Below, in pieces: positions 27,701 to 42,700 of a stretch of DNA of 64,000 bases. Numbering within the stretch: position 1 is the first letter of the stretch; each line of letters opens with the position of its first letter. The notes beneath the pieces were generated by a model. It was not told the origin of the DNA. It saw only the letters and a program-made list of their open reading frames with translations, and ran no database searches. The stretch spans positions 23,002,001-23,066,000 of the forward strand of contig NW_026262723.1 of assembly GCF_021869535.1 (NCBI RefSeq), in the 5' to 3' direction. Made by a program: the position numbers and the translations under genes. This DNA comes from Mytilus californianus. Its lineage: Eukaryota.

Positions 27701-30700
27701 TCGTAGAAGTTGTATTTTCTGTTGTTAAAACAGTGTCGGAAGTTGTAGACGTGGCATCATATGTAGTTTCCTTGGCGTAGGAGGTAGTTGAAGGTATATC
27801 ATTTGTTTGTGTAATGTGGGAATTTGAAACAGTCGTGTCATTTGTTGTCTGATTAGGGTCAGAAGTCATTGAACTTGTATGTTCTGTTGTAATCGTTGAG
27901 TGGAAAGTTGTCAAAACCGTATCATCTTGTGTTTGTCTTGTCTCAGAAATAGAAGGAGTTGTACGTTCTTTTGCCTTTGTTGTGTTATGAATTGAAGAAG
28001 TATTATCAGCTGTTTGACTGGTCTCTGTAGTGGTAGAAGTAGTTTTTTCTGTTGTCTTCGTTGTGATCTCGGAAGAGACAAACGAATCCTCTTCTGTCGT
28101 AAGCACAGTATCTGCGCTGGTTTTTGCAGTACCCTGTGATATATTTATAGTCTCTGTATCTCTTGTAGTCCCTGAATCTGTGACTGTCATCTTACTAGCT
28201 GATGTTTCAGTGGGTGCAGTACTTATTACTTTTCCTGTACTTCCTTTTATCATGTTTGAACTATTTGACGTTGTCGTGTTATCATCTGTTCTTGTTGACA
28301 TCATGGTTGTGTGTTCTACTGTAGTTACTGAAGATTCATTTGTCGTAATGTCATCTGTTAATATTTTATTCGTGATTGAGGATAAAGCCGTTGTATTATA
28401 TACATCTGTTTTTGAATTTTGTACAGAAGTGGTTTTGCCTTGTGACTGTATTGTTACAGGTGTCCCGGTAGTTTTCTCTTTTGTGTGTGCTGTAACAGTG
28501 GACTTGTCTACTGATATGGAACCCACTGTGGTCGTTTCAGTTGTAACAACTGAATCTGTCTTTTTGGAATGCGTTGATGTGTGATCTAGAGACGATTGCA
28601 TGTTTTCAATGAACGTCTCCGTACTAAATGACAAACCTGAGGATATATATTTGTCAGAAGCGTAATCACTTGATGATACACTAGATTTGGTTTGTGACAT
28701 CTCATCAGATGGAGTTTGAAAATGTAGTGTAGATGATACCTCACCAACTGATGTAACACTTTTCCCATCTTCGGATATTTCAAAAGTTGATGTTACAGCA
28801 CTAGTTGTTTTAGATGTATCTGGTTGTGTTTTCACAGTGTTTGATTCTATGATGGTAACCTCTGTATGAGATATTCCATCACTACTTTCTACTGTAGACA
28901 GCATATTAGTACTTGCAGTTTGCGTCTCAGTTTCAAGTGCTTTAGTAGTTGATGTTTTATACGCAGCCTCAGAGGATAGTAATTCTTTATTTGTCACGGT
29001 TTCGCCCAATGAAGTCTCCGCCGTTGTAACCGTTCCCTCAGAAGAAGACACTATTTCAGGTATTGACGTTGTTTGTGTTTCCTTTTCGGAATTGGTAACC
29101 ATTTCATAAACTGTTGAAATAACACCTAAATCTTCTGTACTATGAATTGATTCGGAAATATCTTTGAATGTTGTCTTACTAAATGATGTCACTTGTTCGT
29201 CGGAAGACGACAGAAAAGTCTCCTGGAAGGGCGTTACTGTCCCCAATGTTGTCTTCAGGCTTTGAGGTATGACAGTACTTTGTATTGTATTCGTCAAATG
29301 GTCAGAAGACCTCTCAGTAGATGGCGTTGTCATACTCATAATAGAAGGCGCACTAGTACCATGTAATGAAGAAGTGACATCTTGTGACAACAACTCGGCA
29401 CTAGTTGTTTTAGATGTATCTGGTTGTGTTTTCACAGTGTTTGATTCTATGATGGTAACCTCTGTATGAGATATTCCATCACTACTTTCTACTGTAGACA
29501 GCATATTAGTACTTGTAGTTTGCGTCTCAGTTTCATGTGCTTTAGTAGTTGATGTTTTATACGCAGCCTCAGAGGATAGTAATTCTTTATTTGTCGCAGT
29601 TTCGCCCAATGAAGTCTCCGCCGTTGTAACCGTTCCCTCAGAAGAAGACACATCAATTTTGGATTTTGTAGTTACTTCTGATGAAAGAACATTTGTTTTA
29701 GTGTTTGTCGCACTAACTGTTACTTCTGGGGAAATGGATACAGTACTGGGTGTTGTTATAAATATTTTAGTATTAGGTTTTTCATTTGTAGATGTCTCTT
29801 TTAAAATTGCCTCAGAGGTTAATGGAACTTCCACATTAGCTGTTGAAGATGTACTTTCTGAAAATACCATACCATTTGTTGTTCCGCCAGATTTATGTGA
29901 AGAATGTTGCTCAGTATTTGATGAAATAGCTGACATATCTGATGAAGCTGAAAAAAGGTTTGCTGTCGTAGATGAAAACTCAGTATATGGCATCGGAGTT
30001 CTCGAAGTTGTCGCAGACACGTCTTGGGAAGATGTTTCACTAAGTGTTACAAGTGAAAAATTGGGAACTGACATAGTGGTTGCAGTTGTAGCCACTGCTT
30101 TTTGAGAAAATGTCTCGGTGTTTGGTGTTATAGGTGTAACTTCCGAGGAAGTTAATTCATTTCTTAATACTGTAGTTGCAATATCTGTTGAGGTAGCCTC
30201 TGCACTTGAAGACGGTTTATGAATCATTGATGTTGTTGTTGAAATCTTAGAACTTGTCTTAGGATTAGCTGATGTTGCCATGTCATTTTCTATAGAAGTC
30301 ATCTCAGTTTGTAATGTTTCATACGATGACTTAGTAGTTGTCACCTGTGGCAAAGATGTTTCAGTACCAGATGTTACAGATGCGTTATGAGTTGACACAG
30401 CAGTTACATCAGGAAAAGTTGAAACTTTCACAACGGATACTGTAGCTTCCACCTTTTCAGAAGACGGCTTTGTTGATGTAGAAACAATATGTAAAGAAGA
30501 CACATCACTAGTCGCATGTGAAGATGTCTTACTTATTGACAATGAAGCGTCCTCCGGAGAAGTGGTATGGGTTGACGATGTTCTCAATTCTAACCCTTGT
30601 GAAGTTGCTTGAATAACTGCTACTGTATCCTCAATTTTCATAGACCGTGTGTCAGTAACAAACGTTGTAGTATACATATTGTCAGTGGATGTATGAGTAA

Positions 30701-33700
30701 TTGATTGTTCATCACTTGTCACTCTGGGAGGTGTGTCACTAATTAAAGTGGTTCCCTCTAGACCCGAAGATGATACTGGTTTGAAAGACGTTGTATCCTC
30801 AACTTTCGTTGAATGTTCTTCAGTAGTAAACATTGTACCTTCAACCTTATGAGTTGTCTGTTCCATTGATGTTGTAGGTTTCCCTTCTTCAGAGTGAGTT
30901 TTACTTATTAAGGGAGTAGTCTCCATTTCCTGGGAAGATGCAATTGTAGTAGATGTTGTACTTTCCACCTTTTGGGAATTCGTCTTACTAATAGATGTTG
31001 CAGTCTTCAATTCTACAGACGATGTTTTCGTATTTGGTAATGCAGACTCCATTTCAGCAGATGTTTCTTCAGAAACCGTTGTTTCTGGGAGGAGAGTCTC
31101 TTTAGCAAATGTTGAAGCTGCAAAGACTGCAGAAGGCATGTCACTAGTTTTACTGGAACCTGTGACATCAGTCGTCGCCTCAATGCTCGGTTTTCCATCT
31201 GTTATATCTGCTACATGAGTATGAGTATTGTATATTGAAGAATAATCACTCCCATTAGGCTGTTCCGTACTTGATTTTAAGAAGGTTTTGTCTGTTGCAA
31301 ATTTCAAATCCGCCGCTGTAAATGTTATTTCCGATGACAGACCAGTGCGCGTAGTTGTTATTTCTGAAGAGACTGCACCAGTGCCTAAAGTTGTATCGGT
31401 TGTATCTAGAGAAGATGCACTTGTGCTTGACCCTATATGCGACGTACTACTTGATGTCGAAACAGCTTGATCTAAAGAAGGTGTGTCAGACAATAATGTA
31501 GGCTTTGCCGTTATACTTGTTAAGGCACCATCAGCCTTTGATTTTGTACCCGATACATACTGTTCGTACATATGTGTTGTTTGAACCGATGGAGAAGTTG
31601 CGCCAACTATTGTTTTATCCTTTACACTTGAAGCAGATACATCTGTGGAAAATGCTTTGGCATTTGGAGTACTAACAGCCCATGAAACTTCAGTACTTGA
31701 TGTAGTGTGAATCATCATCTCTGGTGTTCCAGTCTGCACTGTCTTTGACGGCGCCTCGGTTTCTGTTTTTGTAGCCATCACCTCTGTAGACAGAAACTCA
31801 GTATCTGACGCTGTAATCAAAACTTCTTCATCTGTTGTCGTCTTAGTTATTACTTCCTCTAGTGACGTTAATTCATAATTTGACTTTGAAGACACCACTT
31901 CTGTAGAGGAAACCTCGGTATATGACGTTGTTGATACTATATTTGGAGAAGGCACTTCAGTTTTTGATGTTGTAGATTTCATTTCAGGAGATAACATTTC
32001 AACATCCGATGGTGTAGCAATCTTCACCGGGGTCGGTGAATCTGTATCTAAAGTTGTAACTACCATTTCCTGAGACGTTACATCAGACGTTGAAGATGTT
32101 GTCAACGACTTTTGGGACGGTACAACCTTTGTCGACTTTAAGTCAGTAACAAACTTTGTAGACATCTCCTCTGTAGAGGGTACCTCTGAAACTGACTTTG
32201 TAGTTGCCGCCTCTGATTCCTTATAACCTTGCGTTGTCAATGGCACATCATGAGGGACCGTTATAATTGCTGTTGAACTTACAGGTGCAGATTCTTTCTC
32301 AGAACTATGTGTAAGGGCAACGGTAACGCCTGATGACATTTCTGTGTCTGATGTCACGACTGCAGCAGTTATTTCTGTACCTGTGAAGACAAAAGAAGCA
32401 TCTTCAGATGTCATTTTAGAAGCAAATGATACAAAAGATGTTCCAACGGGAGGTGTGTATGACATTTCAGCTGTCTCACTCTTTGTTTGAGAAGTACTAA
32501 AATCAGGAGTCGAACTTTCTCTATCTAGTGAAATGTCCTTAACTGATTCTTTAGTTGATAAAGTCTCAGATGCGGATATATCAGTCAAACCATCAGTTGT
32601 GTATGTATATAAACGTCTAGTGGAAATTGACGCCGAAGAGGGAACATCCTCTGTACTGTACGTTTTAGTTACTCTACCAATATCGGTTGTAATCGAATTG
32701 CTTACAACAGTTTCAGTATTTTCAGTACGTAATGGAAAACCAGAAGAAACATCTTCTTTTACTGTGCTTGATCTATATCCATTATTAGTATCAAACGTTG
32801 ATATTTCCAAGCCCGTTGTTTTAATGCCTTCACTGTGTGAACTTGTGCTTAACTCAACATCTGAATTCGATGTTGTAATGGTAGTTTGTAAATTACTTGT
32901 TGTGACTTTTAATGACTCTAAGGTTGACATCTTTGTTGTGGATTCCTTATCTATGGATGTTGTTTTAGAGTCTGATATAAGTATGTCATTTGTACTTGTT
33001 GCTGTAGAAAAATCTGCAGACGGTTGAGTTGTCATGTCAGCTGGTAATGAACGTTTTGAATCTGTCGTCTGTCTGGATGGCGTCGATTCCGTAACATAAG
33101 CTAAAGAGCTTGTGAACTTTGTTGTCGGGATTGAATATTCTGTACCTTCATTGTTTGATGCAGTTGCTGTACTTGGTTCTGAAATAGCAGGAAATGTATT
33201 ATCATATGAATGAGAGCGCATATCTGTTTTGAAAGTATTTGTAATAGCACCAGTGTTTAATTTGTTTTTCAAAGTACTTATTGTATTTCGAAAACTCGTA
33301 GATGCCTGAGTTATGTCCCTATTTTTTGAATAAGTTGCAGAAGAAAAATCGATGTGTGTATTATCAACACTAGAGACAGTAGATTTATCAACCATATAAC
33401 CTGAATTGTTTTGACTATCCTGCGTTGTGGGAGTTTGTGAAAGGGTATATGCATTTCCACCAGGGGTTAATGCAGAGTTTTTGTTTTTTGTTGTTGAAAT
33501 GTTGAAAAATTGTAAAAATGTGTAATCAGTTTTTCTATCTGTTGGCTCACCGCCAGTTGTAAGTCCATTTGTAAAAACATCATCAGCATCTGTAACTTCT
33601 GAGGTTTGATCATTTAAAGAAGTATCAGCTGTATTTTCTACAGTTACTGCTTGTGTTGTCGGTTTTCTTTGTCCTTCAGATGTGGTTGACATATCCTCGA

Positions 33701-36700
33701 CTGGCGTTAATTTAACAGTAATTGTTGATGAATGCTGGTTTCCTGACGAAGTAGTGACTTTTGATGTCGTAGGAGTTTTGAAGAAGGCTTCTGTACGAAT
33801 ATGATTTTCAGTTGTCATTGCACTGTTAGAAATGTCTGATGTAGTAGTATAGGTATTGGTAAAGGTTGATGCTACTGTCACTGGATAGTCGGAAGTTCTT
33901 GTTGTGGAGAGTAAACTTTCTGTCATCATTGGATTACTTGATGTCTTTGAAGTAGTCACTGGGATTTTTGTTGTAGTCGGAGTGCTTTCGAATGTTGATG
34001 TTAATAGTGGTATTTCCGTTGTAAGCATACTGCTGGGCAATTTTGTTCTGGAAGTGGTGTTTATTTCTGTTGTCTTTCGATTTTCGGAATTGGTTGTGAA
34101 GGTTGTACTTTTAGTCATAGTCGGATCATTGGAAATGGTTCTTGAAACATTGGCTGCTGTTGTTGTCATCGGATTATTAGTTATTGTTTTGGTGTCAGTT
34201 GTCGGATTATTGGAAATTGTTGATGATTTTAGAAATGCAGTTATCGGTAGTTCTGTTTCTTGTAAAGATTGTGACGGTGTTTTAAAATGATGTTTAGTCG
34301 TTCGAAGTATATCTGATATACTGGAAGATATTTTTGTTTCCGTCTTTGTATGCGACTCAGCATAGCCTGTTACGGTGTTCCGTTCATTTTCAGTTGATGT
34401 TTTTTTCTCTTGCTCATTAGTAGTAATAGAAGTCGATTCTGTATTAGGAAAGAATGGTGTTGCTACAACATTATCTGTCGTCAGTGCACGTTCTTCTTTG
34501 GTAGATTGTTTAATATTCGATAAAGATGTTTGAGTTATTATTTTGGACGAATCGTCAGTGGTTGGTAGATTCTTTGTTGTACGTGTATCTGAAAATATTA
34601 CAAAATGGAAATTGTGTTAGAATTATGTTCGAATGGCGAATGGTAGAAAATATTACAGTATGTTTAACATATATTGCGTTTATATTGTCGTTTCTTTAGA
34701 ATCTCTAAAAATGTTTATGAATCTTCAAACTATTTGTCATAAGTGAAAATGATCGTTTGGCAATGTTTCATTTTAATCCTATGAATACATATTTGCCAAA
34801 AATTTCAACATACATTACTCTGTACGCCTAAAGTTAGATGTATGGCGTGTAAGTTTTTATTGTGACATCTTGTGAATTGCTGATAAAGGTTTTAATGTCT
34901 CCGACGATTATATTATAACTATATAATATACAACTGTTTTTTTTAGAACTCGTCGTCATATGATTTAAAACTGTTATTTCGTCATTAGGGTTAGAACTCT
35001 TGTGAATTTATTATTTATTTATTATCTTCATTTATTTCACTTGTAAGAGTTTAGAAACAGAAGCTGCTGTTTCATAAGCATATCTTTGAGGACTACTGTT
35101 TATATTATAGATATTAGTAGAAGCAGTTGTATATTCATTGTTTACTTCAACAGTTTTCGTCTCCAATGTGCTATGGCCATTTGCCTACAGAAGACAGCAT
35201 TGGAAGTCAAGTATTGGTCAATTATTATAGCTGCATCATGATTTTGACTTTTAACGATATTCGTTTGAAGGGTAGTTACCCCATCAGCTCTGACAGGTTT
35301 TGAAGTGGGATTTTCTGCAAGGTTGGTTTGTTCACCTTCTTTAAAAATCATTTCATGAACTTCCTCCGTAGAACTACTTTTTTCAGTTGATGTAAGTGTT
35401 TGCCCAGAGGTACTTAAATCGTTATTGTACTCACTTGTGGATGTCTTGATTGCTGTATTTCGAACAGTCACATGTGTTGTGTCACCACCATGATTTCCAG
35501 GCCTACTGAACTGCGGAGTTGTATAACCATTTACGGAAGTAACAGTATCACTGACGTATTCTGTACTTATTCTGTTCAAATAAGTAGATTGTAAGTTTCC
35601 TGAAGTAAAAATTCCAGCAACGCTTGTTCTAGTTGTAGTCCTTGGAGAAGTATCCTCATCACCAAATGTAGTCATTTCATCAATGGAAATTGCACTGCTT
35701 TCAGCTGAAGGTGTAATATGTCTATCAACAGTTGTACCACCATCTGTAATACTAATACTATTTCCACTTGTTAATTGTTCGTTGGTAGCGGTCGTTATTT
35801 CCCTGTCTAAGTTCATACTAACGTTGCTGGTAGAACTGCTATTTAAATCAAACACCGTGGTAGGTTGGTTGGTATTTTTCATAGCACTGCTTCCACCGTC
35901 AGTGGTAACATAATTATGTGTATGAAGTGAAGATTCAGTGGTTCCTCCTTCTATCAATGAGGTTGGGTGTTTTGAACTTTCTGTATTTTGATCAACAGAT
36001 TCGCGGTGTTCTGAGGTTGAAATTTTTTTTGAAGTTGATTCTTCAGATACTAAAGAAGTCGACGATTTACCTTGACTCGTTAACATTTTACCATAATTTA
36101 TAGTTGATTGTGCTCTATCTGTTTTTTCTGTATTCTCAGTAGTGTAATATCTTGTATCCCCGGTAGTGAAACCTCCTGTAGTCCTAGTACTATAGTCATT
36201 TGTAATTGGTGCAGTTGAAATGACTTTAGAAGTTGTTTCTGATTCTGATACGATGATTTTAAATGTCGTGCCAGATGTACTTTCTTGATATGTTTTATCT
36301 TGAGTAGGAATGATGATACTTTCTTCTGTATTATGAGTGTCGTCATTTTGATCAAAAGTTCCTGAACTTGAAACTATTGGTGTGTCTACCGTAGTGGTGT
36401 CTGAAAGTAAATCCAAACCCAAACTATTTTACCTGCTTCTTCAAATAGTTCATGCACTGTTGCGGCGTAAAGCAACCATCAGTCAATCAATCGAATAATT
36501 GAGCCACGTAATTGTTGATGTCAGTCTAGGTTTAAGTAATATTAATGCAGTAAAGTTCAGTTGCAATTCACCTTTTCGTATAAAGTACTAGGAGTAGTTC
36601 AATTTTTGTACACTTCTCACCCCCCCCCCCCCTTTTCCCCTCCCACCCCACACAAAAAATTCTCATCTTAATTTTCAAATCTTATCGTATTGTTTTTCAT

Positions 36701-39700
36701 AATCATTTGAGATTTGTAGAAACTGGTTTTGTATAAGCATTGAATCATGCATTACATGAGATGCTTACCCTACCTTTGCAACTAGACTCAAACCTTTCAG
36801 TTTTTATTGTGATGTGTGTTCCCGTGTACTACGAGATAACATTGCGCATTTTCTTTACTCTGTTTTAATCATAACAGGAAAATAAATACGTTTGAAAAAG
36901 AGAGGCGAAAGATACAAAAAGGGACATTCAAACTCATAAATAGATAACAAACTGACAACGCCATAGCCAAAAAAAGAAAAATATCAACAGACAAACAACA
37001 ATACACAAAACATAACATAGAAATCTTAAGACTGAGCAACACGAACCCCACCAAAAACTTGGGGTGATCTCAGGTGCTCCGTAAGGGTAAGCAGATCCTG
37101 CTCCACATGTGGAACCCGTCGTGTTGCTCATGTTAGTACAAACCCAGTAATAAGTCTAATTCGGTAGGTCACATTCGGAGAAAAAGGGACGGGATTTTAG
37201 TTACGACAATTGGAACATATCCGCTGTCATCTGTGAAACGGGTATTTCATAACAGTCAACGGTCAACCAACTCGTGATGGCGTCAGTAAAATTTACGAAG
37301 GGATGAACAATAATGAATTACTAATCAAACGATAATCAAACATTAATATTTCTTAAAAAAACATTTGCAGTCGAGTATTGATATGGGAACATAAATTAAC
37401 ACATCTAAATTCTTTATTAATACAACCAATGGGTTTTTATCTTCGTCATTTGAACTATGATGGAAAGATTTTCTCATTGGCAATCATACCACATCTCCTT
37501 ATTTTCATATATATCAAAGATGCTAAAACTACCTGTTTATAACGATTGCACTTAAATGGTAATTATGTTTTAGACTAAAGTGCACAGGTTTTGTAATATT
37601 CCAAACAGTGGTTTACAGTATGTGTTCAACGTAAATTTCAACATTTACTCTCTTACTGAATTTTTAATTTTGTACTTCTTGGTGATATTCGTTATCAAAT
37701 GACAGAAAGAGTATAATTAAGTGTTGGAGTCAATAGTTAACCTATACCATTATATGCATCTTTTTCCGTATTATTATATCTTTCAAAAAACAGAATACCT
37801 TCGTTTGTGTTACTCGTTTCAGTGTGTGAACAGCATATGAATAACATATATTGACAATTTACTTAACAATATAAAGACAAAGCTACAATGTACATGTACA
37901 CATGAAAAAGCACACACTCACAATGTGATGTTGTTTGGTTTGTTTCAAACATTATATGCAGTTAATGGTTTTTGCTTAGTTTGAGTGTCTCTATTTTCCT
38001 TCTGGCCAAGCAATTCACATTGTCATAATGGTTTACTCTTACTGTTACATTGCATTGTTGTTGATTCTATTTTTTAATTTTTTTTTTAATTTGTTGATAA
38101 CTGTAACTTGTTGTCATGTTTACTGATATGGCAAATAATTAAATACACAATTCACACATATTACAATTCTAGATAATGCGCCCGTGTTTCAAATTGCGTG
38201 CTGACGAAACATATATACGATGTAATGATCATTGAAAAATCGATTGATTGTTTTAACTAGTGCAAGATTGTTATGTGGTTATTAATTTGGATGTTAAATT
38301 TTTTAAAGAAATAATCAATAATCATTTCGCTCCATTATGCGACCATCGTTAATAAACGATTCACTAGATGAACAAAAATTAAACTGGCAAAACTGTTGAC
38401 TGCCTTTAGTTTCATGTTTTCTTCATAGACTTTTGAGTTTTCCAGCATGGTGTTTTAGTGGTTCTGATTGACATTTTGCTTGAAAAGAATTTTATGGAGG
38501 ACTCTTGTTTTTGGAAAATCTTTGTACCACTATTATCATATTTCTTCTTTATTAACTGTACCACGTTTCTTTCCAAACCCTTAATTGTTTGTGCTTTTGT
38601 GTTGTATTGTGGTACCGTAAATGCACAGCATAATTTTTAGGAACAGGTGTATTTCTAGGTATGTTCTAAATCGACAAATCACAAGTCCAATTATATGTCT
38701 CTTTTTTGTTCTATTCTAGTATCGTTATCAATATCGGTTTGCAGAATAGGAACATTTTTGTGAACTATTTACATAGCGTTGAAAGATCGAACAACGTTAT
38801 AAGAACAGCAACACATATAAGACAACACATAAATAAGGAATAAAGACGTCATCATATCCAGGGCAATCAATGCATACTACCTCATGCATGCATTCGGTCT
38901 CATATATACATGATTACGTGGGTAATTTTTTTGCTTATTACGTTATTAACCCCTGATGAAGGTTTATAATGAAAAAACGCTTTGAACGCAGCAAAATAGG
39001 TAATTTGACATTAATTTTGCTATTAATCTAAATATACTGATATTGAATTGTAACGAAACTGTTTACAGAAATTACAAAGGACAATACCTTGTATGTTTAC
39101 TTTCTTGTTAGTTGAACCTTTTTCGTTATACGTGATACCTGCATTGGTTGTATCTTGTATTATGGACAAGGTATCGACTGTTGTTGTATCGTCTCCTACA
39201 CTGGACTTAACAATTGCTCTGGTTGTATCATGTATACTGTATGTGATGGCCATTATGGTAATATCTCTTACTACTGAGGTTGAATCTTGTGATTTTGATA
39301 TCATGCTCTCGGTGGTTATATCTTGCGTATTGGAAGTTATATCTGCTTTGGACGTCATATCTGATGTGGTCGTATCATGAAAATTTGACACCATACCCGC
39401 TGATGTTGTATCTGATACGATGGACGTCATACCAGCTGTGGTAACATCTTGCACATTGGACTTTATACGCTCTGATGTTGTATCTGATACGATGGACGTC
39501 ATACCTGCTGTGGTTGCACCTTGCTCATTGGACTTTATACGCTCTGATGTTGTATCTGATACGATGGACGTCATACCTGCTGTTGTTGCATCTTGCTCAT
39601 TGGACTTTATACGCTCTGATGTTGTATCTGATACGATGGACGTCATACCTGCTGTGGTTGCACCTTGCTCATTGGACTTTATACGCTCGGATGTTGTATC

Positions 39701-42700
39701 TGATACGATGGACGTCATACCTGCTGTGGTTACATCTTGCTCATTGGACTTTATACGCTCTGATGTTGTATCTGATACGATGGTCGTCATACCTGCTGTG
39801 GTTACATCTTGCTCATTGGACTTTATACGCTCTGATGTTGTATCTGATACGATGGACGTCATACCTGCTGTGGTTGCACCTTGCTCATTGGACTTTATAC
39901 GCTCTGATGTTGTATCTGATACGATGGACGTCATACCTGCTGTGGTTGCACCTTGCTCATTGGACTTTATACGCTCTGATGTTGTATCTGATACGATGGA
40001 CGTCATACCTGCTGTGGTTACATCTTGCTCATTGGACTTTATACGCTCTGATGTTGTATCTGATACGATGGACGTCATACCTGCTGTGGTTACATCTTGC
40101 TCATTGGACTTTATGCGCTCTGATGTTGTATCTGATACGATGGACGTCATACCTGCTGTGGTTACATCTTGCTCTTTGGACTTTATACGCTCTGATGTTG
40201 TATCTGATACGATGGACGTCATACCTGCTGTGGTTGCACCTTGATCATGGGACTTTATACGCTCTGATGTTGTATCTGATACGATGGACGTCATACTTGC
40301 TGTAGTAACATCTTGCTCATGGGACTTTATACGCTCTGATGTTGTATCTGATACGATGGACGTTATACCTGCAGTTGTTGCATCTTGCTCTTTGGACATC
40401 AAACCATCTGAGGTTGTATCTGATACGATGGCCGTCATACCTGCTGTTGTTGAATCTTGTAAACTGGGCGTTATACCATCTGTGGTTGTACCTTGTACAC
40501 TGGACGTTATATCTGTTATGGTTGAATCAGGTACACTGGAGGTCATACCTACTATAGTCGTATAATGGACGTTTGACATCGTACCCTCTGTGGTTAAGTC
40601 TCTTACAGCGGACGTCATACCTGCTGTAGTTGCAGCTTGCTCTTTGGACACCATACCCTCTGAGGTTGTATCTGATACGATGGTCGTCATACCTACTGTT
40701 GTTGCATCTAGTAAACTGGGTGTTAAATCATCTGTGGTTGTACCTTGTACACTGGACATTATATCTGTTATGGTTGAATCAGGTACACTGGAGGTCATAC
40801 CTGCTATAGTCGTAAAATAGACGTTTGACATCGTACCCTCTGTGGTTGTGTCTCTTACAACGGACGTCATACCTGCTGTGGTTGCAGCTTGCTCTTTGGT
40901 CACCATACCCTCTGAGGTTGTTTGTTGTGCAGTAGACGTCTTACCTGATGTTGTTGCATCTAGTAAACTGGGTTTTATACCATCTGTGGTTGTACCTTGT
41001 ACACCGGACATTCTATCTGTTATTGTTGAATCATGTACACTGGAGGTCATACCTGCTATATGTCTATAATCATCGTTTGATATCGTACCGTCTGACGTTG
41101 TATGTTTAACAGCGGACGTCTTACCTGTTGTGTTTGCACCATGCTTTTTGGACATCATACCCTCTGAGGTTGTCTGTTGTGCAGTAGACGTCATATCTGC
41201 TGTTGTTACATCTTGTAAACTGGGTGTTATACCATCTGTGGTTGTACTTTGTACACCGGACGTTATATCTGTTATGGTTGAATCGTGTATACTGGAGCTC
41301 ATACCTGCGATAGTCGTATAATGAATATTTGACATCTTACCTTCTGATGTTGTTTCTCTTACAGCGGACGTCATACCTGCTGTGGTTGCACCTTGCTCTT
41401 TTGACATCATACTCTCTGAGGTTGTCTGTTGTACAGTAGACGTCACCTTGGCATCTTGTAAAATGGACGGTGTTATGTTTTGTACACTGGACGTTACACC
41501 TTTTGAGGTTGAATCTTGTACACTGGAGGTTATACCTGCTGCGGTCACATCATTTACTTTTGAAAATTTACCTTCTGATGTTGTTTTCTGTACACTGGGT
41601 CTCGTACCTGCTGTAGTTGCATCTTGTAAACGGAACTTAAAGTCACCTATGGTTGTATCTTGCACATTGGACGTTACACCTGCTATATTTGAATAATGTT
41701 CATTGGCGGTCATACCTGCTAGGGTCGTATAATGAACGTTTGACATCATACCCTCTGTGGTTGTGTCTTGTCTACTTGATGTTATTATAGCTGTGGTTGC
41801 ATCTTGTACACTAGGGGTTATACCTGCTGAAGTCGCATGGTGATATTTAGACATCATACCCTCTGCTGTCATACTTGTTGTAGTTGCATCTTGTAAACTT
41901 GACTTTAAACCATCAGTGGTATCTTTTTCACTGAATGTTATACTAGCTGTGGTTGCATCTTGTACACGAGAGATTATAGCTGCTGCTGTCGCACCATGAT
42001 CTGTGGACATCATTTCTTCTGAGGTTGTTTTCCGTACACTGGAGGTTTTACTTGCTGTAGTTGCATCTTGTAAACTAGACGTTAAACCTGGTTTGGTTGA
42101 ATCTTGTTCTACAGGAGTTATAGCTGATGTGGTTGGTTCAAGAAAGTTGGACATCATACCCACTGAGGTTGAATCTTGTACGCTGGAAGTTATACCTGAC
42201 GTAGTCGTATCTTGTATCATGAACGTTATACCTGTTTTGGAAGTATCTTGTACACTGAACTTTTCATCTGCTGTGGAAGTATCTTGTACACTGGACGTTA
42301 CATCTGCTGTAGAAGAATACTGCACATGGGACATGATATGCTCAGAGATTGTTTTCTGTACGCTTGACGGCTTACCTGCTGTAGTAGCATCATGTACACC
42401 GGACGTTAAACCATCTCTGGTTTGATCTTGTACACTGGAAGTTATACCTTCTATTTTCGTACCTTGTTCACTGGTTATTGGTGCTGCTGAAGTCGTATCT
42501 TGTACCCTGAAAGTTATCCCGGCTGTAGGCGTATCTTGTACATTGTTGGTTATACCTGCTGTTGTCGTATCTTGTACACTGGTCGTTATACCTGTTGTAG
42601 TCGTTTCTTGTACACTGGAAGTTTTATTTGATGTAGACGTTTCTTGTACATTGGTAGTTACAGCTGCTATGGTAGTATCTTGTACTCTGGAAGTTTTAAC

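Noticed and set aside
36869-37131. Short ORFs in repeat tails (also 21355..21558, 13963..14187, 57393..57599, 6039..6224)
   Set aside because: They lie within multi-copy interspersed repeats and are low-complexity chance ORFs.
39421-40356. Regular 72-bp array as a possible CRISPR-like structure
   Set aside because: There are no unique spacers, it lies in frame inside a eukaryotic exon, and no cas genes are present.
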